Below, one piece after another: positions 60,406 through 64,000 of a DNA stretch of 64,000 bases. The notes under the pieces are model-generated. The model did not search any database. It saw only the letters and a program-made list of their open reading frames with translations, and had not been told where the DNA came from. The stretch's first letter is position 1. Every line of letters starts with the position of its first letter. Source of the DNA: Octopus vulgaris (lineage: Eukaryota); assembly GCA_951406725.2 (NCBI GenBank), contig OX597820.1:434001-498000 (forward strand), given 5' to 3'. Made by a program: the position numbers and the translations under genes.

Positions 60406-63400
60406 TCATCATCATCATCATCATCGTTTAGCGTCCGTTTTCCATGCTAGCATGGGTTGGACGGTTCTACTGGGGTCTGTGAAGCCAGAAGGCTTCATCA
60501 GGCCCAGTCAAATCTGGCAGTGTTTCTACGGCTGGATGCCCTTCCTAACGCCAACCACTCCGTGAGTGTAGTGGGTGCTTTTTACGTGCCACCGCACAGG
60601 TGCCAGACAGAGCTGGCAAACGGTCACGAACGGATGGTGCTTTTTATGTGCCACCGGCACAAGGGCCAGGCGAGGCTGGCAACGGACACGAAACGGGGCG
60701 GTGCTGGCAACGGTCGCGAAACGGAAGGTTCTCTTACATGCCACCGGCACTGGTAACACATCTGCAATTTCCATTGATCGATTTCCATTCTGATCCTCAC
60801 TTGCCTCAATGGGTCTTCACAAGTAGAGTTTCGACATGCCACCGGCACTGGTAACACATCTGCAATTTCCATTGATCAATTTCGATTCTGATCCTCACTT
60901 GCCTCAACAGGTCTTCACAAGTAGAGTTTTGTGTCCCAAGAAGGGAAGGTATGCATACGTAGGCTGGCTCCATCCCAAGTAGAAGGCCACGGGTTATCGA
61001 CTCACTTGTCCTGCCGGGTCTTCTCGCGCACAGCACACTTCCAGAGGACTCGGTCTCTAGTCATTTCCTCAGTGAGACCTAAAGTTCGAAGGTCGTGCTT
61101 CACCACCTCGTCCCAGGTTTTCCTGGGTCTGCCTCTTCCACAGGTTCCCTCAACCGCTAGGGTGTGGCACTTTTTCACACAACTATCTTCATCCATTCTC
61201 GCCACATGACCATACCAGCGCAATCGTCTCTCTTGCACACCACCACTGATGCTTCTTAGGTCCAGCTTTTCTCTCAAGGTACTTACACTCTGTCGATTAT
61301 GAACACTGACATTACACATCCATCGGAGTATACTGGCTTCATTTCTTGCGAGCTTACGCATATCCTCAGCAGTCACGACCCATGTTTCACTGCCATGTAG
61401 CATGGCTGTTCGTACACACGCATCATACAGTCTGCCTTTCACTCTGTGCGAGAGGCCTTTTGTCACCAGCAGGGGTAAGAGCTCTCTGAACTTTGCCCAA
61501 GCTATTCTTACTCTAGCAGTTACACTTTCAGCACACCCGCCCCCGCTGCTGACTTGGTCACCTAGGTAACGGAAACTATCAACTATTTCTAGTTTTTCTC
61601 CCTGGAAAGTGACGGAAGTTGGTCTCAGAGCATTTTCAGTGTTTATTGTTCCTGAGCATCTGCCACATACAAAAACCATCTTCCTAGTTAGCCTTCCTTT
61701 GACATTGCTGCACCTCTTATGTGTCCATAGCTTACACTTGGTGCATCTTATAGAGTTTCTACCTACACCTTTTCTACAGATCGAGCAGGGCCATCTACCT
61801 GAAGGCGTTTGTGATTTGTCTACCTTCCTACTGATTACGACTTTGGTTTTAGCTAGATTGACTCTGAGGCCCTTCGATTCTAATCCTTGTTTCCACACCT
61901 GAAACTTCTCCTCCAGTTCTGATAGCGACTCAGCAATTAGAGCAAGGTCATCAGCATAGAGGAGCTCCCAAGGGCATCCTGTCTTGAATTCCTCCGTTAT
62001 TGCCTGGAGGACTATGATAAATAGGAGGGGGCTGAGTACTGAGCCTTGGTGGACCCCTACCTCTACCCGGAATTCTTCACTGTACTCGTTTCCAACCCTT
62101 GTACAGCTCTCACTAACCATTCATCTATCCCTAGTTTCCTCATTGCCCACCAGATAAGGGATCGGGGGACCCTGTCGAAGGCTTTCTCCATGTCAACAAA
62201 AGCCAGGCACAGGGGCTTATCTTTGGCTAGGTATTTCTCCTGCAGCTGCCTTACCAGGAATATAGCATCAGTAGTACTTTTCCCTGGCACAAACCCAAAC
62301 TGCATCTCATCTAAACTAACTCTCTCTCTAATTAGTTGGGCTATGACCCTCTCCGTAACCTTCATCACCTGATCCAACAGCTTGATACCTCTGTAATTAT
62401 TTGTATCTAGGGCGTCACCTTTACCTTTGTAGCAGTTGACAATTATGCTGCTACACCAGTCATTGGGTATGACTCCTTTGTGTATCACCTGATTAACTAT
62501 ATGGGTGACTAGGCTATAGCCGACACTACCAGACATTTTGAGCATCTCTGCAGTGATTCCTGATGGGCCTGGGGCTTTTCCTGTCTTCATGCTTCTAATT
62601 GCCTTAGCTACCACGGAACTATCAACTCGGATAGCTGGTCCCACTGTTGGGTCAACATTCGGCAGACTCTCTTTATCCCATTCATTTTCTTTATTCAGCA
62701 AACTTTCATAGTGGCATCTCCAAGCCTCTCTCTTTGCATCCTCATTTAGCGCAAGTGAACCATCTTCCATGCGAACACACTTCTCTCCTACCACATCATG
62801 ATTCTCTCTCACACACTGTCTTGCAACGCGAAACACCTCCAGTCTTTGGTCCTCACGGCGCAGAACATTGGCAAATTTTTTCTTATCTGCTTCCCCTCTG
62901 GCTAAATAAACCTGTCTCTTAGCTTCTCTTTTGGCAGTCTGATACAATTCCCTGCTACCCCCATTTTTCCAGACCTTCCAAGCCTGTCTCTTTTCTCTAA
63001 TAGCCCTGTCTACAATATTGTTCCACCACCACGTTATTCTAGGTCGAGAGGGGACTTTGCACCAGCCACAGATCTGGTCAGTGGCTCTTAGCAGGTTGTC
63101 CCTTAGAAACGTCCAGCTGTCTTCTACCCCCTGTGATGCTCTATCCCCTTCTACTTCGTCAGAGGCTTCAAGTAACATGTCTCTAAATCTCTGTCCATTT
63201 GCAGGATCTTTAAGCTTCCAGATCCTTCTTCTCCATATTGGTCGTCTTCTGGTTGTCCTCCTAGTCCTGATCCTAAAGTCACTAACTACCAGTCTATGTT
63301 GTGGGGTACATTCTTCACCTGGGAAGGTTTTGGCATTTATAAGCAGCCATCTCTCCCTTTGCCTTGCAAGGATGTAGTCAATTTGGCTGGTATGTTGGCC

Positions 63401-64000
63401 CGATCGGTAAGTGACTAGGTGGCTGGTAGGTTTCCTGAAGTTAGTGTTGCAAATCATAAGATTATTTGCATCGCAGAACTCCAGCAGCCTGGTTCCCTCC
63501 TCGTTTCGGGAGCCATAGCCATAGCCTCCATGTACGCCATGGAAGCCCCCAGCATGTCGTCCAACGTGACCATTGAAGTCACCAGCCACAAAGATAAGGT
63601 CTCTGTCGTTCGTCAACGAGGTAGTCTGCAGTAGAGTGTCATAGAATCGGTCTTTCTGTCCATCGGGTAGCCCCGACTGAAAAGCATAGGCTGATATAAT
63701 GGTTGCTAAACTATGATGAAGCACTAATCTAATCTTAAGTATTCTGTCACATACTCTGATTACCTCAATTACTTTATCTACCCATTTCTCAGCGATAAGT
63801 ATACCCACGCCACCAACCCCGTCAGTGTTCCCTGCCCAGAAAATCTTGTACCTGCGTTCCTTGCCTGTGAGGAACCTAGCTGATCCTCCTCTCCACCTTA
63901 TTTCTTGCATGCAACATATATCCACACATCTCCGTTCAAGCATCTCGACTATCTCACCAGACCTACTTTTCAGAGTGCCAACGTTGAGGGTGCCAACCCT
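60406..64000 (-). mobile_element. RTE-clade LINE, near full-length ORF (APE-RT-PHD), 5' end beyond window
   Basis: ORFs 62063-63943 and 61002-62120 are separated by one ~31-bp deletion at ~62100 relative to the 16.0-kb copy; (CAT)n tail. Confidence 0.96.

Overview
Eukaryotic (animal) genomic DNA, AT-rich and packed with (TA)n/(CA)n/(CAT)n microsatellites. The SINE/LINE repertoire suggests a coleoid cephalopod, probably Octopus (inference). Bases ~4.7-43.2 kb (+) hold the last 22 coding exons I could trace of a SETDB1/eggless H3K9 methyltransferase (Tudor domains, MBD, pre-SET, bifurcated SET, post-SET). All junctions are GT-AG and phase-compatible; the 5' exons were not found and probably lie upstream of the window. 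The rest is mobile DNA: RTE-clade LINEs carrying a PHD finger, two near-identical CR1-like LINEs near a 100-N gap, two Penelope-like elements (Neptune-like and Naiad-like), tRNA-derived SINEs, Helitron ends, and hAT- and piggyBac-type MITEs. The main unexplained signal is type I hammerhead ribozyme motifs from about six unrelated sequence families. Two sit in Penelope 3' regions. The others sit in small non-coding fold-back or terminally redundant elements, including a tRNA-headed palindrome (39.6-40.1 kb) and a ~495-bp unit present in two different circular permutations (59.0-60.2 kb). This looks like a retrozyme-like, Penelope-mobilised non-coding system. All structures were folded by eye and none was tested computationally.
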